Source of the DNA: Planctomycetes bacterium GWF2_50_10
GTDB lineage: Bacteria; Planctomycetota; Phycisphaerae; Sedimentisphaerales; GWF2-50-10
Direction: 5' to 3'
Assembly (NCBI GenBank): GCA_001824635.1
Contig: MHYB01000014.1
Location: forward strand, 1-40,291
DNA length: 40,291 bases
The position numbers were made by a program, and so were the translations under genes. How positions within the stretch are numbered: position 1 is the stretch's first letter; the number at the start of each line of letters is the position of its first letter. The notes beneath the pieces were generated by a model. It was not told where the DNA came from, made no database searches, and saw only the letters and a program-made list of their open reading frames with translations. This document shows, one piece after another, positions 1 through 9,114 of this stretch.

Positions 1-645
1 GAAGTCTTTGACGTTCTTATCAAGCTTTTGCATTTCATCAGATGTGACATAGGGCGGGTTTGATACGATCAGATCAAAGGCTGCTGCGTCAAGCTGCTTT
101 ATAACTGGTTCAAAGAGATCGCCGCAGAGCAGGCTTATGCGGTCCGTCAATTTATGTGTTTCGACATTTTTAGCTGCTATGGCAAGGGCGGCATCTGAAA
201 TGTCTGTCGCGACTATTTTCGCGGAAGCGCAACCCTTTGCGATCGCTACGGCGATGCATCCGCAGCCGGTGCATAAGTCGAGCATGTGCTGGTCGCCGGG
301 GCGGGCGCGGAGAAATTCAATCGCGCGTTTGACAAGCAATTCGGTTTCGGGCCTTGGTATCAGGCAAGCGGGGCTTACGGACATGGTGAGCGAATAGAAT
401 TCGGTCTGGCCGACGAGATAGGCGATAGGTTCGGATTCTGCGCCGCGTTTTACAAGTGCGCGGAGTGAATCGAGCTTGTCGGGCTCGACGGGCTTATCGA
501 AATGCATGTAGAGTTCTATTCGCTTCATGCCAAGAACATGGGCAAGGAGCATCTCGGCGCTGAATCGGGGGGCGTCGATGTTTTTCGCCTTGAAATAATC
601 GGTCATCCAGTTGAGGAGCTTTTGAATTGTCCAGATGTCTGCCAT
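1..645 (-). CDS. prmC: peptide chain release factor N5-glutamine methyltransferase (PrmC/HemK); C-terminal end runs off the window
   Basis: Absent from the ORF track because it is open at the window edge. My minus-strand translation from the ATG (complement of 643-645) reads MADIWTIQKLLNWMTDYFKAKNIDAPRFSAEMLLAHVLGMKRIELYMHFDKPVEP ... QHMLDLCTGCGCIAVAI ... LIVSNPPYVTSDEMQKLDKNVKDF. This shows the HemK N-terminal domain, a SAM-binding loop and the NPPY catalytic motif. Confidence 0.85.
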   Translation of the reverse strand, partial: MADIWTIQKLLNWMTDYFKAKNIDAPRFSAEMLLAHVLGMKRIELYMHFDKPVEPDKLDSLRALVKRGAESEPIAYLVGQTEFYSLTMSVSPACLIPRPETELLVKRAIEFLRARPGDQHMLDLCTGCGCIAVAIAKGCASAKIVATDISDAALAIAAKNVETHKLTDRISLLCGDLFEPVIKQLDAAAFDLIVSNPPYVTSDEMQKLDKNVKDF

Positions 646-652
646 TTTTTAC

Positions 653-2164
653 TCAGATCACAACCTTATCCATCATTCGGGGAAATGCGATGCATTGGCG
701 GATGTGCTTTTCGCCGGTGAGCCATGCGACGGTTCGTTCGACGCCAAGACCAAATCCGCCGTGGGGCACCGAGCCGTATTTGCGGAGGTCGAGGTACCAG
801 TCGTAGCCTTCGGGGTTATAGCCTTCGTGCTTTATACGTTCGATGAGCCTGTCATATTCGTCTTCGCGAACTGAGCCGCCGATGATCTCGCCAAAGCCAG
901 CCGGGGCGAGGCAGTCGAAATTCTCGACGACCTTGTCGTTTGTGCGGTCGGTGCGCATGTAGAAGGCTTTTGCGTCTTTTGGGTAATGCGTTACGAAAAC
1001 TGGTTTATCGTGCATGAGCGAGATTATGGTTTCATCCGAGCCGCCCAGGTCTTTGCCCCAGCGGAAATCGGCTGCCAAGACGGCGTGCTTGGGATTGTTT
1101 TCTATCCTGGCGTTTAACTCTTCAAGCTCAGTGCGAAGGTCTATTATTTCGGCGGCGGCCTTATCCTTTTGCCATTGTTTAGAGGACTGGCCGGCGACTA
1201 ATGCCTCAAGTTCAGCGATCTTATCTTCCATGTTCTTGCGCTGGGCCTGGAATTCCTGGAGCTGCTTTGCGAGGAATTCCTGCGTGCGCGGGCCGGTGAG
1301 TATTTCAACTGCCTGCGTGTATGTGAGACGGACGAATGGCGGTTTTATTTTTTCCAAAGACGGTATATCGGCACCGAGGAATTCAAGTTCTGCACGATTA
1401 TCGGCAAGGACGCGGGCAGCGATGGAGCTTACGAAATTTTCGGCGATCTCAAGCAATCCCGGCAAATCAATATAGGCCACCTCAGGTTCAACCATCCAGA
1501 ATTCGGTGAGATGGCGGCGGGTCTTGCTTTTTTCGGCACGAAAGGTCGGGCCGAAGCAATACACTTTGCCATACGCCATAGCGGCGGATTCGAGGTACAA
1601 CTGGCCTGTCTGGGCAAGGTGCAGCGGCCGGCCGAAATAATCGACTTCAAAAAGTGTCTGCTCGCCTTCGCCGGCGATGGTTGTGAATATCGGGGTATCG
1701 ATGAGCGTAAAGCCGTTATCATTGAAGAATCTGCGTATGGCATCAATGACAGTGTGACGCACCTTTCCGATGCACCACTGCCGCTGTGAACGCAAATGCA
1801 GGTGGCGATGCTTCATCAGAAAATCTATGCCGTGGGATTTGGGAGTAATCGGATAATCGGTTGTTGGGCATACAATAGCGGCATCGGTTGCGGCAAGTTC
1901 GTAACCGCCGATGCTGCGGGGTTCTGCGCGGACTAGCCCGGAGATCATCATGGATGATTCCTGGCCGAGCCTTGAGAGTTGATCGAAAATCTCCGGGTTG
2001 AATGACGTCTTTTCGATAACGCACTGGCAAAGGCCAGAGCCGTCGCGAATGACGATAAATATAAGCTTGCCCGACGAGCGGTTTTGATATACCCAGCCTT
2101 TGAGGAGCACTTCGCTGCCGATGTGATCTTTTAGCTGTGAAATTCGGACGTGATTGTTTGTCAT
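653..2164 (-). CDS. asnS: asparagine--tRNA ligase carrying a roughly 60-70 aa coiled-coil-like insertion
   Basis: 503-aa ORF. It has an N-terminal OB anticodon-binding domain (LLKGWVYQNRSSGKLIFIVIRDGSG), class II motif 2 of AsnRS type (FRAEKSKTRRHLTEFWMVEPE) and motif 3 (GGFGLGVERTVAWLTG). The stop lies 7 nt upstream of the prmC start. Confidence 0.9.
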   Translation of the reverse strand: MTNNHVRISQLKDHIGSEVLLKGWVYQNRSSGKLIFIVIRDGSGLCQCVIEKTSFNPEIFDQLSRLGQESSMMISGLVRAEPRSIGGYELAATDAAIVCPTTDYPITPKSHGIDFLMKHRHLHLRSQRQWCIGKVRHTVIDAIRRFFNDNGFTLIDTPIFTTIAGEGEQTLFEVDYFGRPLHLAQTGQLYLESAAMAYGKVYCFGPTFRAEKSKTRRHLTEFWMVEPEVAYIDLPGLLEIAENFVSSIAARVLADNRAELEFLGADIPSLEKIKPPFVRLTYTQAVEILTGPRTQEFLAKQLQEFQAQRKNMEDKIAELEALVAGQSSKQWQKDKAAAEIIDLRTELEELNARIENNPKHAVLAADFRWGKDLGGSDETIISLMHDKPVFVTHYPKDAKAFYMRTDRTNDKVVENFDCLAPAGFGEIIGGSVREDEYDRLIERIKHEGYNPEGYDWYLDLRKYGSVPHGGFGLGVERTVAWLTGEKHIRQCIAFPRMMDKVVI

Positions 2165-2165
2165 A

Positions 2166-2417
2166 TCAATGCTCTTGATTTTGAGTTTTGGTCTTGTTAT
2201 CGGTGAATCGCGCGACCATTTCGGATTTGAGTTCGGTTACGCGGTGCTCAATAAATGCAAGTGTTGCGGTGGCAATAAGAAAAATCGTTGCTACGGCATC
2301 GGAGAGGCTTTGCTGTTGGATGGCGAATGCACCTGTAGCCAGTGCGCACAGGCCCAGTACGCAAGTGAGGCCGAAAAGATATTTGCTGCGTTTTTTGAGA
2401 TGCTGTGTTTCTTCCAT
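2166..2417 (-). CDS. hypothetical small membrane protein with two predicted TM helices
   Basis: 83-aa ORF with two hydrophobic stretches (LFGLTCVLGLCALATGAFAI and VATIFLIATATLAFI). It is tightly packed, 1 nt from the asnS start and 17 nt after the PspC-domain gene. No family recognised. Confidence 0.55.
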   Translation of the reverse strand: MEETQHLKKRSKYLFGLTCVLGLCALATGAFAIQQQSLSDAVATIFLIATATLAFIEHRVTELKSEMVARFTDNKTKTQNQEH

Positions 2418-2434
2418 GAATCACCATTTAGATA

Positions 2435-2683
2435 TTAGATTTTCGGTTGGAGAGTATCATCCGTTTCGCCGGGTCTTAACGGGATAATAAGCCAGGCGAG
2501 CAAATAGATCAGGATTCCCGGCACGATGGCGGTAAATACCGAAATGATCACCCAGGCAAGCCTGACGAGGGTAGGGTCTATTCCGTATGATTCGCCTATG
2601 CCTCCGCAGACGCCAAGAAGTTTTCGCTCAGTGCGGGAAAGATATAATTTTTTCACGGCAATCTCCTTTCGCAGCAACGGCAT
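2435..2683 (-). CDS. PspC-domain membrane protein
   Basis: 82-aa ORF with the PspC signature LYLSRTERKLLGVCGGIGESYGIDPTLVRLAWVI followed by one TM helix. Confidence 0.75.
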   Translation of the reverse strand: MPLLRKEIAVKKLYLSRTERKLLGVCGGIGESYGIDPTLVRLAWVIISVFTAIVPGILIYLLAWLIIPLRPGETDDTLQPKI

Positions 2684-2727
2684 AATCTGCTATAACTGAT
2701 TTTCGGTATAACATAGCCCGTTGTCAA

Positions 2728-4191
2728 TCAGATATCGAGCTTTTCCCGCATGTAGGTGAGCACCTGGTCTTTTGAAATCCTATCCTGCTTCATGGAATCA
2801 CGTTCCCGGATGGTTACTGTGCCATCTTCTTTGGTCTGCCCGTCAATGGTTACGCAATAAGGCGTACCGGCTTCATCCTGTCTGCGGTAGCGGCGGCCGA
2901 CGGCGCTCTTTTCGTCATACATGCAGTTGAAATATTTTTTAAGATGGTTGTACATAGCCGTGCCGATCTCGGGGAGACCATCCTTTTTCACCAGCGGGAA
3001 TATGCCCAGCTTTATAGGCGCAAGTGATGGGTGGAATCGCAGCACGGAACGGGTTTCACCGTTTGCCTCATCTTCATCATAGGCATCGACGAGAAATGCC
3101 AGCGTGCTTCGGTCAATGCCGGCGCTTGGCTCGATAACGTAAGGAATGTACCGCTTTTTCTTTTCATCGTCGAAATACGAAAGCGGGCCTTTCTCGTAAT
3201 CCTCGGCTTCGGGGGCGAGTTTGGCTTTTAAGGTATCTTTGCCGTTTTCGTACCATGAGTTGATGGTGCGCATGCCTCGCTGATGCTGACGAAGATCATA
3301 ATCGGTGCGGTTTGCGATGCCTTCAAGCTCCTGCCAATCGCCTGAGCCGAAGGGGAATTTGTATTCGACATCCACGCAGCCTTTTGCGTAATGAGCTAGT
3401 TCGTCGCGGTCATGTTCGCGGAGGCGAAGATTGTCTTTTTTAATGCCGAGGTTAAGGTACCAGTTGAAACGCTCTTCTTTCCAGTGCGACCACCATTGTT
3501 CGTCGGTGCCTGGTTCGCAGAAGAATTCGATCTCCGCCTGCTCAAATTCGCGTGTGCGGAAAATGAAGGCTTTTGTTGTTACTTCATTGCGAAAGCTCTT
3601 GCCGGTCTGGGCGATACCGAATGGTACTTTAATGCGGGTTGTTTGGAGGACGTTTGCGAAGTTGGCGAAAATTCCCTGTGCGGTTTCGGGACGGAGCCAA
3701 ACGGTCATGGAATCTTCGGCATTGGCTCCCATCTGGGTTTCAAACATTAGTTTGAAAGCCATAGGTTCGCCGAACTGGCCGATCGTGCCGCAGGATGGGC
3801 AGATTTTTTTACCGAGATTTGACGCTTCGGCCTGTGCTACCTCGAGTTTGACGTGCTCAATATTCTCCGGAGCGTCAGCGAGGTGATCGACCCTGGTGCG
3901 GGTATTGCATTTTTTGCAGACGGTAACAAGGTCGGCGAATTTATCGGCATGGCCGGAAGCCTTCCATGCGAGTGGGTGCATGAGGATGCTACAATCCAGG
4001 CCGACGACGTCGTCCCTCATCTGCACGACAGCTTTCCACCAGGCATTGCGGACATTGCGTTTTAGTTCTGAGCCAAGCGGGCCGTAGTCATAACAACTGG
4101 CCAGGCCGCCATATATTTCGCTTGATTGAAATATGAACCCCCTGCGCTTGCATAATGATACGATGTCATCAAGTTTTGTAATCTTCGCCAT
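2728..4191 (-). CDS. glyQS: glycine--tRNA ligase, homodimeric alpha2 type
   Basis: 487-aa ORF. The N-terminus ...IVSLCKRRGFIFQSSEIYGGLASCYDYGPLGSELKRNVRNAWW is diagnostic of GlyQS. Class II core and a C-terminal anticodon-binding domain are present. Confidence 0.93.
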   Translation of the reverse strand: MAKITKLDDIVSLCKRRGFIFQSSEIYGGLASCYDYGPLGSELKRNVRNAWWKAVVQMRDDVVGLDCSILMHPLAWKASGHADKFADLVTVCKKCNTRTRVDHLADAPENIEHVKLEVAQAEASNLGKKICPSCGTIGQFGEPMAFKLMFETQMGANAEDSMTVWLRPETAQGIFANFANVLQTTRIKVPFGIAQTGKSFRNEVTTKAFIFRTREFEQAEIEFFCEPGTDEQWWSHWKEERFNWYLNLGIKKDNLRLREHDRDELAHYAKGCVDVEYKFPFGSGDWQELEGIANRTDYDLRQHQRGMRTINSWYENGKDTLKAKLAPEAEDYEKGPLSYFDDEKKKRYIPYVIEPSAGIDRSTLAFLVDAYDEDEANGETRSVLRFHPSLAPIKLGIFPLVKKDGLPEIGTAMYNHLKKYFNCMYDEKSAVGRRYRRQDEAGTPYCVTIDGQTKEDGTVTIRERDSMKQDRISKDQVLTYMREKLDI

Positions 4192-4248
4192 TTTGTGTCC
4201 CGGTAAAGCTATTTAAACAAAAAAGTGTCCACAATGCTCAAACTTTAT

Positions 4249-4276
4249 ATTATAGCTGCGATTATAGTAAAAACAA
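4249..4276 (-). promoter_or_regulatory. candidate sigma70-type promoter for glyQS with two perfect TATAAT boxes
   Basis: The minus strand reads gcTTGTTTttactataatcgcagcTATAATataaag. The -35 TTGTTT (4276-4271) sits 16 nt from the -10 TATAAT (4254-4249). A second perfect TATAAT lies at 4266-4261. This would give a leader of about 55 nt to the glyQS ATG. Confidence 0.4.
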
Positions 4277-4282
4277 GCACGG

Positions 4283-4472
4283 AGCTTAGAGCGTCTAACA
4301 AAATGCCTCTGCATTCGAGCGGCTTGTTTTTTGCCCGGCTGCGTTGGCCGAACCAAAAATCGTCCTTGATGTAGCGGCAGCTACACCTGCGGCGATTTTG
4401 TCTCGCCCGCCTTGCCGGACAAAAAACCGCTCGCTCTCGGTGCTTAGAGTCATTTTGTTAGAAGCTCTTAGG
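4283..4472 (+). ncRNA. candidate structured RNA: a roughly 190-nt imperfect rod, 6S-RNA-like; a MITE-like inverted repeat is the alternative; strand uncertain
   Basis: Hand-folded. 4285-4305 pairs with 4451-4471 (19 of 21 positions). 4317-4322 pairs with 4427-4432. 4327-4333 pairs with 4420-4426. 4335-4339 pairs with 4414-4418. A partly open central region follows (4340-4354 against 4401-4413). 4356-4362 pairs with 4393-4399, and the apical hairpin is gtagc-ggca-gctac (4371-4384). It lies in a 414-bp non-coding gap. Confidence 0.35.
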
Positions 4473-4620
4473 TTATCGGGCCAGTGGTCGGCCAAGTTTG
4501 GCAAACTGGCCGAATTTAGAAAAGTTTTGCCCAATTCCAAAAGCAGTAAAGAAGCTGGTCACTTTATAAGCCGATACAGACTTGATGAACGGTTTTTTGT
4601 GAATTTTGAGAGGCGAACCT

Positions 4621-7470
4621 ATGATTTTTAATAGACTTACGCTTTCGAAGCGACTGATTATAATAAGTATCGGTTTAGTCGTTATTCCTTTGGTTACTAT
4701 TACCTTGCATGTTCGATACCTGTTCAATGACATGAGCGATGTCAGTACGCAGAAGTCGGGCAAGGCAATTGAGCAGCAGGCGATAGAATCTCTGCAGATT
4801 GCCGCTGTTAATGAACGTAAGTACATTGAAAATCTTATAGTCCGTGGAGAAACTGATGCGCAGCAGCTTTCGGGCAGTTCCAATCTGGCTTCTCTGCTAG
4901 CATCTAATGCAGGCTCCAACGAAATTTGGAATTCTATTGCGCTCAAGGAAGTAAGCAGACTTCTTGAAGGCATAAATAACACTTGTGTCGCACAGCAAAA
5001 ATTGCTGGAAAGTACTGTTGGACATAATCTTTGTGTTGCCGATGAAATACTCAAAAGCCGGGGCCAAGTGAGCCTTTCGGGCCAAAATTTGAACTGGAAG
5101 GCAGTAAATCAGCTTACAAAGGAGCAGACGACCATTAAATTGCCGGCGCTGCAGGTGGGAACCGAAATTCTCGAGCAGAATTACGATTTCCAAAAGCCCA
5201 GTCCGGTTGTGGACAAAGTATCGCAGCTTGTCGGCGGAACATGCACGCTATTTCAGCGGATCAATGAAGCGGGCGACATGCTTCGTGTAGCGACAAATGT
5301 AAAGCAGGTCGATACAAGTCGCGCGATAGGTACGTTCATCCCGGCCATCGACCCTGATAATAAGAAAAATCCTGTAATCGAAACCGTACTTGGCGGCAAG
5401 ATTTTCCAGGGACGGGCATTTGTGGTCGATTCATGGTGCATCGCGGCCTACAAGCCCATAACAGATGCCAATGACAAGGTGATCGGAATGCTCTATGTAG
5501 GAGTGCGAGAGCAGGATGATAGCGGATTGATAAATACCATAGCGCAAACCAAAATTGGTGAGCACGGCTATCCTTTCATTATAGATTCCAAAGCTGTTTT
5601 GCAGATGCATCCGCGCGGGGACCTGGTGGGCAAGAACATTGTCGCAGATCTTAAATTAGATGCTTTCGGCGAAGTAGTGCAGAAAAAGAGTGTCGGACAG
5701 ATAGGCCAGATTTCATATGAATTCGAGGGCAAACAAAAATTTGTTCTATATACATATTTTAAGCCATGGGATTGGATAATCTGTGGCAGCGGTTACTGGA
5801 GTGATCTTTCAGTTGAAGCTGCGGCGCTTTCCAAAAAGATGCTGACGGATGAAATGATCAGGCTCGCAGCGACTTCCACCACTGAAGTAAACGGCAAGAA
5901 CCTTCCTATATACAGCCAAATAAGATACATAGACGAAACCGGGCAGGAAATTATAAACATAACCGATGGCAAGGTAGTTTCGCAACTGAAGGACAAAAGT
6001 GCAACGGCATGGTTCCAGGAAGGAGCCAAAGCCCGGCAGGGCAGGGTTTATTATGCCCCGATCGAGATCGCAGCCAACACAGGCAAGGCTGAAATGAGGA
6101 TAGTTTGTCCAATATGGATGGACGACAAACTTAAGGGAATGACTGTATTGGGCATGAACTGGGATATCACGCGAGAACTTCTGGCGGGTCACAAAATTGC
6201 TTCAACTGGTTATCCTTTTATAATAAATGAAAACGGCTTGATCCTGACGCACCCTAAATACAGCTTGATTGATAATGTAAATCTCTGCGATAAACAGTAC
6301 GGTGAACTTGCCGAACTTGTCGAAAACAGAATAGTAAAAGGCATGTCAGGAAATGCAAAATACGTCTTCGAGGGTGTAGAAAAGCTCAGCGCTTTTGAAC
6401 CGCTTCGTGTGGGACAGAATCGCTATTCCTTAGTCGTCACGGCGCCGGTTAAGGAGGCGCTTGTGGCGGTTATGCAGATCAGGGACAATTTGCGTAAGCA
6501 GGCATCCAATGCGATGCTAGGGCTTATCCCGCTGGTTCTTGTGCTCTCCGCACTTGGTTGCCTGGTCGGATATTGGCTTAGCCAGACGATATCAAATCCG
6601 CTCAAGAAGACAATAGAAAACCTTACAGCAGAGGCTGGCAATATCATCGGCGCTGCCGCTCAAATGTCGCATGCAAGCCAGGATATAGCCGCCGGTGCAG
6701 GCCAGCAGGCTGCAAACCTGCAGGAAACCAGCGCCAGCATGGAAGAAATAGCAGCTATTACCAAAAAAGCGTCATCCGGCAGCAGTCAGGCAAGCATACT
6801 TGCGGATAAAACTTTGAATGTCGCCGATGCCGGTTCAAGATCTATGAGCCAGATGCAGGGCGCTATGGACCGCATTCAGAAATCATCCACTGAAACATCC
6901 AAGATCATCAAGGTGATCGATGAAATAGCTTTTCAAACTAATCTGCTAGCGCTTAATGCTGCGGTTGAAGCAGCGCGTGCGGGCGAGGCTGGAAAAAGTT
7001 TTGCGGTAGTGGCCCAGGAGGTTCGCAATCTTGCGGGCCGCTGCGCTGGGGCAGCTAAGGATACTGCCGACATAATAGATCGTTCGATAACCGACGCCAA
7101 GCAGGGCGTAGAGATCACCGCGCAAGTTGGAAAACTGCTGGGAGAGATAATTGACGGTTCCAAAGAATCTGCAGCGCTTATAAAGCAAATTGCTGAAGGC
7201 TCATCTATGCAGGTCATTAAAATTGAACAGGTAAATTCGTCTATGGCACAGATGAACAATGTCACGCAGCAAAACAGTGCCTCTGCGGAAGAATCTGCAG
7301 GTGTTTCGCATGAGCTAAATCGCCAAGCCCAGGCAATGAACGAAATAATAGAGCATTTGATAGCACTTATAACAGGCTCGTGTTCCTCCGGCTCATCGGA
7401 TGACAAGGAATTGGTTGGCAAAACTGAGATTGCAGCCGAAATGGAACCGCTCGAACCAGTTAAGGTGTAA
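4621..7470 (+). CDS. methyl-accepting chemotaxis protein with a large tandem Cache-like periplasmic region
   Basis: I moved the start to ATG 4621 (GAGAGG 7 nt upstream); the track start at 4606 is TTG. There is an N-terminal TM, then about 600 aa of periplasmic sequence with two Cache-type motifs ([16 protein letters not shown] and [16 protein letters not shown]), then a second TM. The MCP signalling domain carries the hairpin core [38 protein letters not shown]. Confidence 0.9.
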   Translation: MIFNRLTLSKRLIIISIGLVVIPLVTITLHVRYLFNDMSDVSTQKSGKAIEQQAIESLQIAAVNERKYIENLIVRGETDAQQLSGSSNLASLLASNAGSNEIWNSIALKEVSRLLEGINNTCVAQQKLLESTVGHNLCVADEILKSRGQVSLSGQNLNWKAVNQLTKEQTTIKLPALQVGTEILEQNYDFQKPSPVVDKVSQLVGGTCTLFQRINEAGDMLRVATNVKQVDTSRAIGTFIPAIDPDNKKNPVIETVLGGKIFQGRAFVVDSWCIAAYKPITDANDKVIGMLYVGVREQDDSGLINTIAQTKIGEHGYPFIIDSKAVLQMHPRGDLVGKNIVADLKLDAFGEVVQKKSVGQIGQISYEFEGKQKFVLYTYFKPWDWIICGSGYWSDLSVEAAALSKKMLTDEMIRLAATSTTEVNGKNLPIYSQIRYIDETGQEIINITDGKVVSQLKDKSATAWFQEGAKARQGRVYYAPIEIAANTGKAEMRIVCPIWMDDKLKGMTVLGMNWDITRELLAGHKIASTGYPFIINENGLILTHPKYSLIDNVNLCDKQYGELAELVENRIVKGMSGNAKYVFEGVEKLSAFEPLRVGQNRYSLVVTAPVKEALVAVMQIRDNLRKQASNAMLGLIPLVLVLSALGCLVGYWLSQTISNPLKKTIENLTAEAGNIIGAAAQMSHASQDIAAGAGQQAANLQETSASMEEIAAITKKASSGSSQASILADKTLNVADAGSRSMSQMQGAMDRIQKSSTETSKIIKVIDEIAFQTNLLALNAAVEAARAGEAGKSFAVVAQEVRNLAGRCAGAAKDTADIIDRSITDAKQGVEITAQVGKLLGEIIDGSKESAALIKQIAEGSSMQVIKIEQVNSSMAQMNNVTQQNSASAEESAGVSHELNRQAQAMNEIIEHLIALITGSCSSGSSDDKELVGKTEIAAEMEPLEPVKV

Positions 7471-7480
7471 GCAGCGCAAT

Positions 7481-7511
7481 AAAAAAGGGACTTGTTTGAA
7501 GTCCCTTTTTT
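7481..7511. terminator. bidirectional rho-independent terminator between the convergent MCP and zinc-ribbon genes
   Basis: AAAAAAGGGACTT-gtttg-AAGTCCCTTTTTT forms a perfect 13-bp stem with A and T tracts on either side, 11 nt after the MCP stop. Confidence 0.8.
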
Positions 7512-7529
7512 AATTTAAGGCGAAAAAAG

Positions 7530-7961
7530 TTATTTTGACTTTTTCATTTCTTCTTCGATCGGACTGAATTTGCATTCCGGACACCTGTCGGTGTAATCAT
7601 TTGACTGCTGTCCCATCATCATCGGATTGGGCGGGATGAATACGTTTTGACACTTGGGGCATTCATTGGCAATCACGGCAGTTTTCTGGTTGCAGAATTT
7701 ACAATTTACGGGAGTTGGGCCCATCATCATCATCATGGGATTAGCACCGTCAGTTTGCATTAGTTTGCCGTAATCATCATAGGAGATTTTAAAAGCCTTG
7801 TCACATTTCGGGTTAGTGCAAAGCAGCACCATCCTATCGGAACCGCTGGCACCTCCGGATGAGCCGAACATGTCTTTGAAAGTAGTAAAGTACAGGATTA
7901 TGCCTGCTACAAGCAAGCACCCCACGGCTGCGCCGATCTTGGCATTATTGGACAACTGCAT
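7530..7961 (-). CDS. membrane-anchored double zinc-ribbon protein with Met-rich linkers (hypothetical)
   Basis: 143-aa ORF with GGAGG upstream of the ATG. It has an N-terminal TM (IGAAVGCLLVAGIILYF) and four Cys pairs (CTNPKC, CKFC, CPKC, CPEC). The motifs NPMMMMMGP and NPMMMGQ are also present. Confidence 0.7.
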   Translation of the reverse strand: MQLSNNAKIGAAVGCLLVAGIILYFTTFKDMFGSSGGASGSDRMVLLCTNPKCDKAFKISYDDYGKLMQTDGANPMMMMMGPTPVNCKFCNQKTAVIANECPKCQNVFIPPNPMMMGQQSNDYTDRCPECKFSPIEEEMKKSK

Positions 7962-8030
7962 AGGGCCTCCGAAAAAGTATTAATAATGTTGAAAGTATAT
8001 TTAGAAGGGTTTAGAAAGTCAACCACTTCT

Positions 8031-9092
8031 CTATGCTTTGTTAATGTAACGATTAGGGGCGATCTGAGATAATTCCATTATCCGCTGTGGTGATTCCGGC
8101 ATTCCTGTGCGGGCAGAGAGGTATGCGGCGTCTATTATGGCCATATTATCGAGATTGTCCTGGGCAGTGCTGATTTTAAGTTGTGCCTTGTCGGGATCTT
8201 CAGGCCTGAACATTGCGGCAAAATCGCACAATATCGATGCAACGGAGTCTTCTTCCTGGTCTGTAAAGGTGCTTTTATCTGTAATTTCATTTGCCTGATT
8301 AAATAATACCAGCTCGTCCTGAACCATCGCGATCGCCTGGTCTTTGCCGTAAGCGTGAATGGAGACATAATTTGGGGCAAAAGACCTGCTGGCAGTCACT
8401 GTTGCAGTGAAGGTATCGGAATATTTTAATGAGATTACCGCGGTATCTTCGGTTACATAGAGCCGCTGCTGGCGATCTGGAGCGAGGCTGGTGGTGATTG
8501 CATATACCTGGCTGGGCAGCCCGAAATTCTGGAGTATCTGGTCAATGACGGCGTATGCACTGTAAAGTATAATTCCTCCGCCAGCTACTTTGGGATCCCG
8601 CTGGGCGGTTTCATGATAGAAGCCGAGCCCGCACTGGGCGATCAGCAATGAAAAGCTCTCAACCTGAGCATGGCTTATCGCTAAACTAAGTGCCGCGAAC
8701 GCTTTGCGACGCCTTTGAGTTGAAGCTACCGCGAAATGGACATTTTCCTTTTGCGCCGCAAGGGCGAAACCGGCCAGTTCATCGTAATTACGCGCCGGCG
8801 GCATGAGCCTAAGGATATTGATCTTGCGGCTCATCGCAGAACGTATGTGCTCGGAGCAGCTTTGAAGGGGTGCGGCGGCTATAACAGCGTCGAGCTGGTA
8901 GTTGGAAACAGCCATCCTGAAATCGTCGCAGGCCTGTGCGCCGCAATATGCGGCCGTCTTTGACGCGGCCTCAAAATCCTTATCGGCTATGGCGACAATT
9001 TCGTAAAGACCGCTGTTGACGGCGCAGTCGAGAAAAAGCCTTCCAGACTGTCCCAGTCCAAGCAAGGCGACCCTTATTCGATGCTCACTCAT
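8031..9092 (-). CDS. Gfo/Idh/MocA-family NAD(P)-dependent oxidoreductase
   Basis: 353-aa ORF with an N-terminal Rossmann signature (IRVALLGLGQSGRLFL...IVAIADKD). The family call rests on overall organisation only. Confidence 0.65.
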   Translation of the reverse strand: MSEHRIRVALLGLGQSGRLFLDCAVNSGLYEIVAIADKDFEAASKTAAYCGAQACDDFRMAVSNYQLDAVIAAAPLQSCSEHIRSAMSRKINILRLMPPARNYDELAGFALAAQKENVHFAVASTQRRRKAFAALSLAISHAQVESFSLLIAQCGLGFYHETAQRDPKVAGGGIILYSAYAVIDQILQNFGLPSQVYAITTSLAPDRQQRLYVTEDTAVISLKYSDTFTATVTASRSFAPNYVSIHAYGKDQAIAMVQDELVLFNQANEITDKSTFTDQEEDSVASILCDFAAMFRPEDPDKAQLKISTAQDNLDNMAIIDAAYLSARTGMPESPQRIMELSQIAPNRYINKA

Positions 9093-9114
9093 GCAATCCT
9101 TTGCCGTACGATGA

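Noticed and set aside
4491-4502. The palindrome GCCAAGTTTGGC as an operator site upstream of the MCP gene.
   Set aside because: It sits inside the larger hairpin (4488-4513) and is more simply explained as part of that stem-loop. It is a single occurrence.
4295-4631. The 81-aa (minus) and 95-aa (plus) ORFs in the glyQS-MCP intergenic region.
   Set aside because: They have no RBS and overlap each other on opposite strands. Both run across the long inverted repeat, so their openness is better explained by the palindromic sequence than by coding.
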